This document shows, piece after piece, positions 48,123 through 57,834 of a stretch of 64,000 nucleotides of DNA. The position numbers and the translations under genes are program-made. Each line of letters begins with the position of its first letter. Within the stretch, counting starts at the first letter, position 1. The notes under the pieces are model-generated. The model was not told the DNA's origin. It worked only from the letters and a program-made list of their open reading frames with translations, and made no database searches. Source of the stretch: a bacterium (GTDB taxonomy: Bacteria > Patescibacteriota > Minisyncoccia > Phycocordibacterales > UBA2100). The DNA lies in NCBI GenBank assembly GCA_021781955.1, contig JAJXVV010000003.1, positions 27,933 through 91,932 on the forward strand, given 5' to 3'.

Positions 48123-50312
48123 ATGGAACCGTCCAAGGCGCCTGAAGCGTTCTTGAGGCCCTACAACCCGGCCGAGCAGGAACCGCGCATGCTTGAGCTG
48201 TGGGAAGACAGCGGCTACGCCAATCCAGACGTCTGTGTCGAGAAAGGCGTCATCGAGCCTGATGCCGAACCCTATTCAATAGTATTGCCGCCGCCCAACG
48301 TGACCGGCACGCTTCACATGGGACATGCCGCGATGCTCGCTATCGAAGACATCCTCATCCGCTACCACCGCATGCGCGGGTACAAGACCCTTTGGTTGCC
48401 CGGCACCGATTCGGCCGCCATCGCCACGCAATCAAAAGTTGAAACGGATATCTACAAGAAGGAAAAGAAGACCCGGCACGACCTCGGCCGCGAGGAGCTG
48501 CTCAAACGCATCGAGCAATTCACCGACGAGAGCAAGGCGACGATCATCAACCAAACGAAGAAGATGGGCAGCTCGCTCGATTGGAGTCGCTACGCCTACA
48601 CGATGGACGAGGAGCGGTATGCGGCCGTCATGGAAGCGTTCGTGCGCATGTACGATGCGGGCCTTATTTATCGCGGCGACCGCATCGTCAATTGGGACCC
48701 GAAATTGCAGACGACCGTCTCCGACGACGAAATCGAGCACGTCGAACAGAAAGACCCATTTTTCCATTTCAAGTACGGCCCGTTCGACATCGGTACCGTA
48801 CGCCCTGAGACGAAGTTCGTCGACAAGTACGTCGTCATGCATCCCGAAGACGAGCGTTACGCGCAGTACAAGCATGGCCAAACGATCGAGGTGGAGTGGA
48901 TCAACGGCCCTATTACGGCAACCATCATTAAAGACAAGGCGGCCGACATGAGCTTCGGTTCGGGCGTGATGACCATTACGCCCGCGCACTCGGCCATCGA
49001 CTTCGAGATCGCGCAGCGCCATGGGCTCGACATGGAGCGCGTGATCGACGACCGGGGTATTTTGCTGCCCATCGCGGGCGAGTTCGCCGGCATGCACATT
49101 AAGAAGGCGCGCGCGCTCATCGTCGACAAGCTCAAGGCCAAGGGCTTGATCGCGAAGGTGGACGAAGGCTACATGCACAACGTCGCGACCAACAGCCGTG
49201 GCGGCGGCATTATCGAGCCGCAGATCAAGCGCCAATGGTTCATCGCGGTCAATAAGAAAGCGAAGTTCCCCGACGGCAAAACGCGCACGCTCAAGGAGTG
49301 GATGCGGCACGCGGTCGAGAGCGGCGAGGTCGGCATCATGCCAGAGCGTTTCGAGAAAATTTACTACCACTGGATCGACAACCTGCGTGACTGGTGCATC
49401 TCGCGGCAAATATGGTTCGGTCACCGCATCCCCGCATGGTTCAAAGATGACGAGGTGAAAGTGCAGGCCGGCTCGCCGGGCGAGGGTTGGGAACAGGACC
49501 CCGACACGCTCGATACCTGGTTCTCGTCCGGCCTGTGGACATTTTCCACGCTCGGCTGGCCGGATGATACGCACGACATGAAGACCTACCACCCGACCTC
49601 CGTACTTGAGACCGGCTACGACATCCTCTTCTTCTGGGTCGCGCGCATGGTGCTCATGAGCGGATTCTTGCTCGGCGAGGTCCCCTTCCGCAAGGTCTAC
49701 CTGCACGGCCTTGTGCGCGACGGATCGGGCCGCAAGATGAGCAAATCGCTCGGCAACATCATCGACCCGCTCACGATGGTCGAGAAGTACGGCGCCGACG
49801 CCGCGCGCCTTTCGCTCGTCATCGGCGCTTCGATGGGCAACGACGTGAAGCTCTCGGAAGACCGCGTGCGCGGCTACAAACATTTCGGCAACAAGGTCTG
49901 GAACATCGCGCGCTTCGTGCTCGAGAATCAGCAAGACCCCAGAGGACCGTCCTCTGGGCGTCCAGAGGACGGTCCTCTGGGCGAGGAGGATAGGCTGCTT
50001 ATCGTCGAGGCGCACACGGTCGCCAAGCAGGTATCCGAGCACATCGACCGCTTCCGCCTCGACCTCGCGGCCGATCAGGTCTACCACTTCGTGTGGGACC
50101 GCTTCGCGGCAGAAATACTCGAAAGCTCGAAACCGATACTGAAAGGCGATGATGCGGCGGCCCGCCAAGGGCGGGCCGCCGCCCTCTCCGAGATACTCGG
50201 CATCTCGCTCAAAATCCTTCACCCCTTCATGCCCTTCGTCACTGAGGCAATCTGGCAGCAGCTGCCGCAGAAGGAGTCCGACCTCCTCATGGTGGCGAAA
50301 TGGCCGGTCTAG
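48123..50312 (+). CDS. valS: Valine--tRNA ligase (short form lacking the C-terminal coiled coil)
   Basis: PPPNVTGTLHMGH, DWCISRQIWFGH, DTWFSS, KMSKS. Confidence 0.95.
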   Translation: MEPSKAPEAFLRPYNPAEQEPRMLELWEDSGYANPDVCVEKGVIEPDAEPYSIVLPPPNVTGTLHMGHAAMLAIEDILIRYHRMRGYKTLWLPGTDSAAIATQSKVETDIYKKEKKTRHDLGREELLKRIEQFTDESKATIINQTKKMGSSLDWSRYAYTMDEERYAAVMEAFVRMYDAGLIYRGDRIVNWDPKLQTTVSDDEIEHVEQKDPFFHFKYGPFDIGTVRPETKFVDKYVVMHPEDERYAQYKHGQTIEVEWINGPITATIIKDKAADMSFGSGVMTITPAHSAIDFEIAQRHGLDMERVIDDRGILLPIAGEFAGMHIKKARALIVDKLKAKGLIAKVDEGYMHNVATNSRGGGIIEPQIKRQWFIAVNKKAKFPDGKTRTLKEWMRHAVESGEVGIMPERFEKIYYHWIDNLRDWCISRQIWFGHRIPAWFKDDEVKVQAGSPGEGWEQDPDTLDTWFSSGLWTFSTLGWPDDTHDMKTYHPTSVLETGYDILFFWVARMVLMSGFLLGEVPFRKVYLHGLVRDGSGRKMSKSLGNIIDPLTMVEKYGADAARLSLVIGASMGNDVKLSEDRVRGYKHFGNKVWNIARFVLENQQDPRGPSSGRPEDGPLGEEDRLLIVEAHTVAKQVSEHIDRFRLDLAADQVYHFVWDRFAAEILESSKPILKGDDAAARQGRAAALSEILGISLKILHPFMPFVTEAIWQQLPQKESDLLMVAKWPV
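49938..49983. repeat. REP-like palindrome doublet inside valS
   Basis: CCAGAGGACCGTCCTCTGG followed 4 nt later by its reverse complement; third copy at 52217-52236. Confidence 0.8.
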
Positions 50313-50330
50313 GCACGCTATAATGCACGC

Positions 50331-51053
50331 ATGCCCGATATAGGGTCATTTAGTGCGGCTGCCGCGGGCGGAGTCTTGCCCGCGCTCGCGTGGGTGTGGT
50401 TCTGGCGCCGCGAGGACAGCGCGCACCCGGAGCCGCGCCGCCTCATTGCGCTCGCCTTTCTGGCGGGCATGGTCGCCGTCGGAGTCGTCATCCCTATTGA
50501 ACGGGCGGTCGTCCCCTACATCGCCTCGCAAACCCTCCTTTTCTCCGTATGGTCGACCATTGAGGAGATCATGAAGTACGTCATGGCGCGCCTCACGGTG
50601 CTCTACCGCTGGGAGAACGACGAGCCTATCGATCCGATCATCTACATGGTCACGACCGCGCTCGGCTTCGCGGCCGCCGAAAACACCCTCTTTTTGCTGT
50701 CTCCGCTGTCTGGCGACACACTCGCTCAGACCATCCTCACGGGCGATTTGCGCTTCGTGGGAGCAACGCTGCTGCATGTTCTTTCCTCAGCGGTCATCGG
50801 GGTCGCGCTTGCGCTCTCGTTCTACAAATCCAAGCGCACCAGACGCTGGTATACGGTCGCCGGAGTTATCCTCGCCGCCTCTTTGCACAGTCTCTTCAAT
50901 TTCCTTATACTGAACACACCAGAGACGCACATTTTCCGCACGTTCGGCTTCGTGTGGCTCGGGCTGATAGGTTTGCTCGCGGTCTTGGAGTACGTCAAGC
51001 GCATCCATCCCACTGTTAAAAAGATACTAGTCAAAAAAGTCTCATGGCGATAA
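50331..51053 (+). CDS. prsW: PrsW-family intramembrane metalloprotease
   Basis: HPEPRR, IEEIMK, LGFAAAEN, LLH, LHSLFN. Confidence 0.88.
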   Translation: MPDIGSFSAAAAGGVLPALAWVWFWRREDSAHPEPRRLIALAFLAGMVAVGVVIPIERAVVPYIASQTLLFSVWSTIEEIMKYVMARLTVLYRWENDEPIDPIIYMVTTALGFAAAENTLFLLSPLSGDTLAQTILTGDLRFVGATLLHVLSSAVIGVALALSFYKSKRTRRWYTVAGVILAASLHSLFNFLILNTPETHIFRTFGFVWLGLIGLLAVLEYVKRIHPTVKKILVKKVSWR

Positions 51054-51532
51054 AGAAACCAGGGTTCCTCTCCAAGCTCACCGGTTCTGATAATGAGTAC
51101 GAATATTTCGATGATGGCAAACCCGCCGTATTTGAAGGCGAGGGCGACGAGCGTCACGCGCAGATCCGTACGTCGCAGCAAGAATGGCGCGGCGAAGAGC
51201 CGCACGGGGAGCTCGCCGTCGACATCTACCAGACTCAGGACGCCATCGTGGTGAAAGCGCTCGTGGCGGGCGTCCAGCCGCAATCCATTGACATATCGCT
51301 TACCCGAGAGATGCTCACTATTTCCGGCTCACGCCAAGACGAACGCGAGGTGGAGGACGATAATTACTTCCAGCGCGAGCTCTACTGGGGATCGTTCTCT
51401 CGAACGATACTTTTGCCCGAGGAGGTCGATGTGGACATGGCGGAAGCCTCCGAAAAGCACGGCATTCTCATGATCCGCCTGCCAAAAATCAACAAGAAAA
51501 AAGAAACGAAGCTCAAGGTCCGCAGCCGATAG
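51044..51532 (+). CDS. Hsp20/alpha-crystallin small heat shock protein
   Basis: VDIYQT, ELYWGSFSRTILLP, GILMIRLPK. Confidence 0.92.
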   Translation: MAIKKPGFLSKLTGSDNEYEYFDDGKPAVFEGEGDERHAQIRTSQQEWRGEEPHGELAVDIYQTQDAIVVKALVAGVQPQSIDISLTREMLTISGSRQDEREVEDDNYFQRELYWGSFSRTILLPEEVDVDMAEASEKHGILMIRLPKINKKKETKLKVRSR

Positions 51533-51533
51533 C

Positions 51534-51559
51534 AAAAAGGCGCCCCCGGGCGCCTTTTT
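51534..51559. terminator. Bidirectional intrinsic terminator
   Basis: AAAAAGGCGCCC-CC-GGGCGCCTTTTT between convergent genes. Confidence 0.8.
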
Positions 51560-51581
51560 CGTTCGTGGAAAGATCGTGCTC

Positions 51582-52142
51582 TCAAGCGAGGTTCAATTTT
51601 GCCAACGCCTGGCGGACTTGTCGCCTCAACACCCAATTGCCGAGGGGAATGAACGCGTACGCCCACAACAACACAGCGGCCCCTAACGAACCCAGCACGA
51701 GCGCGTCAAAATCCGGCGACGGCCACGGCCTGAAATAGTGGATGATAGCCGCACTGAACACGAACGCACATCCACTCCATGTCAGGAAGTGGCGTTCACT
51801 TCTTGACGCCATCCACTGGGCCGCAGGACGCACCTTCCGGATTGCGCGTTCAATGATGGCAGGCGCCAACACGAACGCTCCATCGGGTCTTATTGAGCCA
51901 AGATTGGGCGTAAGCGCGTACGCCTTGCCGTCCTGCCATCCAACAAGGAAGACCTCCCGTCCCAGACCAAAAACGTGCACGCTCTCGAACTCTTCAAAGA
52001 AGTCTTTCATGTTCTCTCCCGTCTCGAGCGCGAACGTCAGCTCGATCCGATTACGAGATCGTCGATCCTGCGAGCAGACTTCAATGGAATAGTCGAACGC
52101 GGCACGCAACACGTCAAGGTGCGCAGTCTCGAGCCCTTTCAT
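51582..52142 (-). CDS. Hypothetical membrane protein
   Basis: ORF with an AAGAAGG-like RBS and two C-terminal TMs. Confidence 0.55.
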   Translation of the reverse strand: MKGLETAHLDVLRAAFDYSIEVCSQDRRSRNRIELTFALETGENMKDFFEEFESVHVFGLGREVFLVGWQDGKAYALTPNLGSIRPDGAFVLAPAIIERAIRKVRPAAQWMASRSERHFLTWSGCAFVFSAAIIHYFRPWPSPDFDALVLGSLGAAVLLWAYAFIPLGNWVLRRQVRQALAKLNLA

Positions 52143-52216
52143 TGCCTTATCCCTTCTTTCTTTACAAGCAGCCCAGATTGAAGCACAGAAGGCGCGCTTG
52201 CACAAACCGATCCTCA

Positions 52217-52236
52217 CCCAGAGGACCGTCCTCTGG
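52217..52236. repeat. REP-like palindrome, single copy
   Basis: CCCAGAGGACCGTCCTCTGG, identical to 49938-49957. Confidence 0.8.
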
Positions 52237-52244
52237 AGAAGAGG

Positions 52245-53099
52245 TCACGAGGTCCGCAAATCCTCGTCTGTCGGAAAATCATCGTTGAGGAGGCCTATCT
52301 TGTAGATGTCGAAACTGTTATCTCCTTCGAACATATCCGAAGGATTCGGGAGATAGATGCGCGGGCGGGAGATCTCGGCCGTCGCATCCCGAATGAGCCG
52401 GTGGAAGAGCCGGAATTCCTCATCGAAATGCGTGAAGTCGATGACGTAGCGGCGCAATTGCGGCGAACCGTCGGCATTCTTGCGCTTCTTGAGCTCGTGA
52501 TAGATGAAGCGGCGTACCGGCTTTTGGAACAGCTCGCGCACGGTGTAGTAGTTGAATATCGCCTGGAGCACGAAGAGCGGCTTGTCTTGCTTGAGCGATG
52601 AGAACGAGTCCACGAATTTGTGATCGACGATATCGAACGCGCCGCGCTCCACTTTTGATCGCACGACGAGGTCCGAGACGGCCTTCAGGGGCAGCGGCAG
52701 GCCCTCGACTTCGACCATGCCCTTCACCTCAACGCCCACCACCTCGAAGCGCGGCGGCCGTTCCAGGTAAAAACCGATGGCCTGGAGATATTCGCGCTCC
52801 ATAGAGGCGCGTTTCTTTTTCTTGGCCGCGCGCGTCTTCGCTTTGCCGAAATTGATCTCAAGATCGGGCACCGCGCGCAAATATTCGAGCCCGAGCTCGA
52901 TGGCGCCCTCTTTGCCGATACCGCCATAAAAATGCTGGAGCGCGATGTGACCCGCGCGCCCGACCACGCCTGCAGGCGAGGAGGGCGTATCGTACACATG
53001 TTCGACATAGCGCTTGTACCAGGCCAAGGGATTCCGCAAGAAAGCCGCGAGCGACGAATGGCTCCAGTACTTGATGGGCGGCTTCCCTTCCGTTGGCAT
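52245..53099 (-). CDS. PD-(D/E)XK nuclease family protein (RecB/AddB-like)
   Basis: WSHSSL, GRAGH, E...SDLV...IVDHK, Q...Y; no Fe-S cysteines. Confidence 0.75.
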   Translation of the reverse strand: MPTEGKPPIKYWSHSSLAAFLRNPLAWYKRYVEHVYDTPSSPAGVVGRAGHIALQHFYGGIGKEGAIELGLEYLRAVPDLEINFGKAKTRAAKKKKRASMEREYLQAIGFYLERPPRFEVVGVEVKGMVEVEGLPLPLKAVSDLVVRSKVERGAFDIVDHKFVDSFSSLKQDKPLFVLQAIFNYYTVRELFQKPVRRFIYHELKKRKNADGSPQLRRYVIDFTHFDEEFRLFHRLIRDATAEISRPRIYLPNPSDMFEGDNSFDIYKIGLLNDDFPTDEDLRTS

Positions 53100-53207
53100 T
53101 GGGTGAGTATACCTCGTTTGACGCTCATTCATATCTATGGCATCCTACCGCGATACCTGCATTGCGTAATGTGGGTTGATCGAAGCCAAACCAAGGAGGC
53201 AGGTACG

Positions 53208-53330
53208 ATGTTCATCGTTTATTGGGTCTACGAGAAGGTCGACCAGCTCCTCGAATTTCTCGACCGCACGATCGGTCCGCTCGTGCGGCCGCCTGCGAAA
53301 CCGACACAGCCAACCCGTGTCGAGGAGTGA
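53208..53330 (+). CDS. Small protein (40 aa)
   Basis: AAGGAGG RBS, ATG, MFIVYWVYEKVDQLLEFLDRTIGPLVRPP..., followed by a terminator. Confidence 0.5.
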   Translation: MFIVYWVYEKVDQLLEFLDRTIGPLVRPPAKPTQPTRVEE

Positions 53331-53359
53331 TCGTGCTCCGTTCTGTTCCCATATAACCC

Positions 53360-53397
53360 GAGCCCGCCGTGCCCCTCGCATCGGCGGCTCTTTTTTT
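53360..53397 (+). terminator. Intrinsic terminator
   Basis: GAGCCCGCCG...CGGCGGCTC followed by T7. Confidence 0.75.
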
Positions 53398-53501
53398 GGC
53401 ATTATCCACTCGCGTCGATTGACTTTGCGTGCCGCGGGAATAGGATAGTTCGATCCTTGCATGAAAGGATGCCACCAGGCAATGACGAAAGGGGTCATCT
53501 G

Positions 53502-54173
53502 ATGGAAGCTCTTTTGTTCTCTGTCTCAGGACAGAGATTAACGAACAAGACCGAATTGTACCACCGGCTGAAAGAAGAACTTTCGAGGAGGTTCCCCGAA
53601 ATACCGTTCATGTTCCCTGGGAACCCGTTCGATCGTCTTCCCTTCCCGCTCACCTGGGAACGGGATCGCGGCGCGGACGCGCCGACGACGAGGCTGCTCG
53701 AGTGCTGGACGCGCCTCGATCGATTCTGTTCGAGGAATCTATGCTCCTTATTGCGCACCAAAAGCGTTATATTCGTGCATGGGTTCGGCCTCGATGCGCT
53801 TCTGCATGCAACTGCATGCGTCGATTGCGAGACGGCGAACGACGAGGCATTCAGGCTCCACAACGGGCTCGTCCGGCTTCGGCTGCAGGAGCAGAACATT
53901 GAAGCGCCGGAATACTTCATCACCCGAGCCGATGTGCGAACGCTTGACGCTCGCATCGTAAAGAGATACCCGGCGCTCACGGACATGCCGCAAGCGGCAC
54001 GGACGCGCTTCATCCGGTACGAAGAAGGAACGATCAACACGTATTTTCGCCGAATCAAGCACCAGAAGGAACCGCATTTCATCGATGCGGGCGAGACTGT
54101 CGAAAACATGGTCGAGCAGGTCGTTGCGGTCGTTATGCGACGGCTTCAAGAAAGGAAATTGCTCGCGGCGTAA
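53502..54173 (+). CDS. Thymidylate-kinase-fold protein, degenerate
   Basis: LFSVSGQRLTNKTEL (P-loop-like), APEYFI, HFIDAGETVENMVEQV TMPK-like layout. Confidence 0.5.
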   Translation: MEALLFSVSGQRLTNKTELYHRLKEELSRRFPEIPFMFPGNPFDRLPFPLTWERDRGADAPTTRLLECWTRLDRFCSRNLCSLLRTKSVIFVHGFGLDALLHATACVDCETANDEAFRLHNGLVRLRLQEQNIEAPEYFITRADVRTLDARIVKRYPALTDMPQAARTRFIRYEEGTINTYFRRIKHQKEPHFIDAGETVENMVEQVVAVVMRRLQERKLLAA

Positions 54174-54187
54174 CGTTGCCGATCGAT

Positions 54188-54218
54188 GAGCCCGCGCTAT
54201 GTCGCGGGCTCTTTATTT
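54188..54218 (+). terminator. Intrinsic terminator
   Basis: GAGCCCGCG...CGCGGGCTC-TTTATTT. Confidence 0.7.
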
Positions 54219-54327
54219 GTCCGCCGACGCGGTTGCGCGTTCGTGCTCGTGGGTGTACAGTCTCGCACATCGGCCGAGCGCTCTCGCCACGGGTGACGCA
54301 TCGGTCTCTTTGTTTTATCGTGTCGCT

Positions 54328-54858
54328 ATGTATAGACTGCTGAAAAAAATCGCTTCGACCCCGCAGGTGACCATGCCGAGGAGCACTTTTGCCGATGCGG
54401 AATTCGAGACGCTCGGCGAGCGGCTCAGAGAGAGGATATTCTCATCCCTGAAAGGCTCGCTCGCGATACGCCAAGTCGCGGCCGGATCATCGAACGCCGA
54501 GGAATGGGAATTGACCGCGCTCGGCAACGCCTATTACGACATCGAGCGCTTCGGGATCAAGTTCGTCGCGTCCCCGCGCCACGCCGACGCGCTCCTCGTG
54601 AGCGGGCCGGTCTCGCGCAACATGGCAGAGGCGCTGCGCCGCACGTACGAGGCGACCCCCGCTCCAAAGATCGTCGTCGCGGTCGGCGACGGTGCGATCG
54701 ACGGCGGCATCTTCAAGGGCTCCTACGCGATAGCCGGCGGCGTCAAAGATGTCATTCCGGTCGATATCGAGATCCCGGGCGATCCGCCGACGCCGCAAGC
54801 CATCATCGCGGCTCTGCTGCAAGTCGTGGAGCGCCTCGGCACAAAACGCACGCCGTAA
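54328..54858 (+). CDS. Ehr/HyfI/NuoB-like small subunit, cysteine-free
   Basis: YDIERFGIKFVASPRHADALLVSGPV, TYEATPAPK conserved; GSSNAE, VGDG and PGDPP replace the Cys motifs. Confidence 0.9.
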   Translation: MYRLLKKIASTPQVTMPRSTFADAEFETLGERLRERIFSSLKGSLAIRQVAAGSSNAEEWELTALGNAYYDIERFGIKFVASPRHADALLVSGPVSRNMAEALRRTYEATPAPKIVVAVGDGAIDGGIFKGSYAIAGGVKDVIPVDIEIPGDPPTPQAIIAALLQVVERLGTKRTP

Positions 54859-54859
54859 T

Positions 54860-56902
54860 ATGAGTATCCTTCCGCAGTACGGCATAACGCTTGCACTGGC
54901 GCTCTATGCAGCGGGCGCGCTCTCCTCGCTCGTTCTCGGCGCACGGAAGACGGAAGGCGCGGCCCTGATAGCATCGCACGCGTTCGCGGCCCTCGCCGCG
55001 CTCGCGGCGTTCGTTTCGGCGTGCTCGATCGTCGTCTCGGGCGCCGCAGCGCTCTTCGACGCGGGCAGCATCGGGCTCATGGCGCATGTGCTCACGATTC
55101 GTATCGATCCGCTTTCCGCGCTTTTCCTCGCCGTCATTTCAACGGTCGTATTCGCGGCATCGATCTACGGCATCGCCTACCAGAGGCAATTCCTCGGCGT
55201 GTACCGCTCATCTGGGTTCGGCTTCTTCTACAACGTGTTCCTCGCGAGCATGTCGCTCGTCGTCATGGCCGACAACGCGATCCTCTTCCTGCTTGCCTGG
55301 GAACTGATGGCCGTGTGCTCCTACGCGCTCGTCGTGTTCGAACGTCACGAGTCGCATGCCGTTGCCGCAGGCGCTCTTTACCTCCTGATTTCGCAGCTCG
55401 GCGCAGCGTGCTTGTTGGCCGCATTCGTCATACTCTACGGCATAGTCGGTTCGTGGGATTTCGAGGTGCTGCGCGCTCATACGACACAGCTCTCGGCCCT
55501 CGCGCAAAACGGCGTCCTGCTGCTTGCGCTCGTCGGTTTCGCCTCGAAAGCCGGCGTCATCCCGCTCCACATCTGGCTGCCGGAGGCGCATCCCGCTGCG
55601 CCCTCGCACGTGTCGGCAATCATGTCCGGCGTGATGATCAAGACCGCGCTTTTCATGATCATCCGTTTTTTCATCGAATTCTTTCCCGCGAGCGCATCGT
55701 GGGGGCTGGTCATCCTCGTCCTCGGCGGCATCTCGAGCCTGCTCGGAGTCCTGTACGCCCTCTCGGAGCATGACATTAAACGCCTCCTCGCTTTCCACAG
55801 CGTCGAGAACGTGGGCATTATCCTGCTCGGCATCGGCGCTTCGATCTGCTTCTTCTCATACGGCCTGCCCGCACTCGGCTACCTCGCGCTCGCAGCGGCG
55901 CTTTACCACACCGTCAACCACGCGCTCTTTAAGTCGCTTCTGTTCCTTTCCGCCGGCTCCGTGGTGCACTCGACCGGCACGCGCAACATGGAAGAGTACG
56001 GCGGCCTCATCCGCACGATGCCGTGGACCGCTCTTTTCTTCCTCGTCGGCGCGATCGCCATTTCCGGCCTGCCTCCATTCAACGGTTTCGTGAGCGAATG
56101 GCTCACCTTCCAGAGCCTGTTCGCTGGCATCAAAGCGCTCCCCGCGCTCGGGAAAGCGGTCTTTCTATTCGGCGCCGCCTCGCTCGCCTTCACCGGAGGG
56201 CTCGCTGCCGCGTGTTTCGTGAAGGCCTTCGGCGTGACATTCCTCGCGCGCGCGCGCAGCAGCCACGCCTCTCATGCGCACGAGACACCGGCACTGATGA
56301 TACTTCCCATGGGCCTGCTTGCGCTCCTCACGTTCCTGCTCGGCGTAGGCGCCTCCTCGTTCGCGCCCATACTCTCCACGATCGCGCTCTCGCTGCGCGG
56401 CGGCTCAGCGGGAGCGCCGCACGCGAACCCGCTGCAAGCGATCACCGTCGGCTCATCCGCAACGCTCTCAATGGCATGGATTGCCGCAGCGCTCTTGGCA
56501 GCCATCGCGCTCACGTATTTCTACACGCTATTCGCATCAAAGGGCACGCGACGCACCGTCTCTCGCACATGGGATTGCGGATATCCGCTCTCGCCTCGCA
56601 TGGAGATCACGGCGACGGGATTCTCGCGTTCCATCATCGTCATATTCCGCGGACTGCTGCGTCCGAGCATCCAGCGAAGCGCCGAGTATCACGACGCGGC
56701 GATGCGCTACTTCGCCAAGTCGCGCAGCGTGTACTTGCACATGCCAAATCTCTATCGCACGTACCTGTATGACCCCGCGGGGCTATTGATCGAGAAGGGC
56801 GCGATGCGCGCCCGCCGCATCCAAACCGGCAACCTCAACCTGTACCTGCTCTACATCCTCCTCACGATCGCCGCTCTCCTGGTGTGGACCATTCATTCAT
56901 AA
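54860..56902 (+). CDS. hyfB: HyfB/NuoL-like antiporter subunit
   Basis: LAWELMA, KAGVIPLHIWLPEAHPAAPS, DIKRLLAFHSVEN, GLPPFNGFVSEW, TWDCG. Confidence 0.88.
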   Translation: MSILPQYGITLALALYAAGALSSLVLGARKTEGAALIASHAFAALAALAAFVSACSIVVSGAAALFDAGSIGLMAHVLTIRIDPLSALFLAVISTVVFAASIYGIAYQRQFLGVYRSSGFGFFYNVFLASMSLVVMADNAILFLLAWELMAVCSYALVVFERHESHAVAAGALYLLISQLGAACLLAAFVILYGIVGSWDFEVLRAHTTQLSALAQNGVLLLALVGFASKAGVIPLHIWLPEAHPAAPSHVSAIMSGVMIKTALFMIIRFFIEFFPASASWGLVILVLGGISSLLGVLYALSEHDIKRLLAFHSVENVGIILLGIGASICFFSYGLPALGYLALAAALYHTVNHALFKSLLFLSAGSVVHSTGTRNMEEYGGLIRTMPWTALFFLVGAIAISGLPPFNGFVSEWLTFQSLFAGIKALPALGKAVFLFGAASLAFTGGLAAACFVKAFGVTFLARARSSHASHAHETPALMILPMGLLALLTFLLGVGASSFAPILSTIALSLRGGSAGAPHANPLQAITVGSSATLSMAWIAAALLAAIALTYFYTLFASKGTRRTVSRTWDCGYPLSPRMEITATGFSRSIIVIFRGLLRPSIQRSAEYHDAAMRYFAKSRSVYLHMPNLYRTYLYDPAGLLIEKGAMRARRIQTGNLNLYLLYILLTIAALLVWTIHS

Positions 56903-56907
56903 CGCGT

Positions 56908-57834
56908 ATGTACGTACTTTCGTTCGTCCTCAATGCAATCGTGGTCTCGGCCCTCTCACCGCTTGCGGTCGGGCTCATTCGCACACTTAAGGCTCGGATA
57001 CAGGTGCGCGTCGGGGCAGACCCGTTCCAGCCGTATCGCGACCTCTCGAAGCTCTTTCGCAAGGATGAGGTCATATCTGAGGACGCGTCATGGATATTCA
57101 CTGCCTCACCCTACATCGTGTTCGGCACGACGCTCGCGCTCGCAGCTGGCGTGCCGATCCTCTCCTCCGCGCTCACGTTCGCGCCGCTCAGCGACATGCT
57201 CGTGTTCGTGTACATGCTCGCTGTCGGCACCTTCTTTCTCGCGCTTTCCGGTATCGACGCCGGCAGCGGCTTCGGGGGCTTCGGCGCGAGCCGCGAAATG
57301 ACGATCGCGGCGCTGACGGAAGGCGGCCTCATACTCTCGCTTGCGGCGCTCGCACTCCTGACCGGCAGCAGCATGTTCCTGACGATGGCGAGCGTGACGA
57401 TGACGCTTCCGCTCGCGAAAGTGCTGCCGCTCATTATCGCCGCTGCCGCTTTCTTCATTGCTCTCCTTGCCGAGAACGCGCGTTACCCCGTCGACAACCC
57501 GGCGACCCATCTCGAGCTCACCATGGTACATGAGGCGATGCTTCTGGAACATTCCGGCAAAGGGCTCGCGCTCATGGAATGGTCGGCGTCGAACAAGCTG
57601 CTCATATTCACCGCGATATTCGTGAACGTGTTCCTGCCGTGGGGTTCCCCGACGAGCCCTGGCCTCGCCGCCCTGTTCGTCGGCGCGATATGGTTCGCGC
57701 TCAAAACGCTTGCCGTCCTCGCGGGCATCGCATGCATCGAATCGGGCATGGCGAAGTTCCGGATATTCCGCGTTCCCGACCTCCTTTTCACGTCGTTCGT
57801 CCTGAGTGTGATCGCCATCGTCCTTACCGTATGA
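56908..57834 (+). CDS. hyfC: HyfC/NuoH-like membrane subunit
   Basis: QPYRDLSKLFRK, GASRE, ENARYPVDNPATHLELTMVHEAM. Confidence 0.88.
   Translation: MYVLSFVLNAIVVSALSPLAVGLIRTLKARIQVRVGADPFQPYRDLSKLFRKDEVISEDASWIFTASPYIVFGTTLALAAGVPILSSALTFAPLSDMLVFVYMLAVGTFFLALSGIDAGSGFGGFGASREMTIAALTEGGLILSLAALALLTGSSMFLTMASVTMTLPLAKVLPLIIAAAAFFIALLAENARYPVDNPATHLELTMVHEAMLLEHSGKGLALMEWSASNKLLIFTAIFVNVFLPWGSPTSPGLAALFVGAIWFALKTLAVLAGIACIESGMAKFRIFRVPDLLFTSFVLSVIAIVLTV

Noticed and set aside
52245-53099. Cas4 or a CRISPR system
   Set aside because: No Fe-S cysteines, no cas neighbours, and no repeat-spacer array seen in the window
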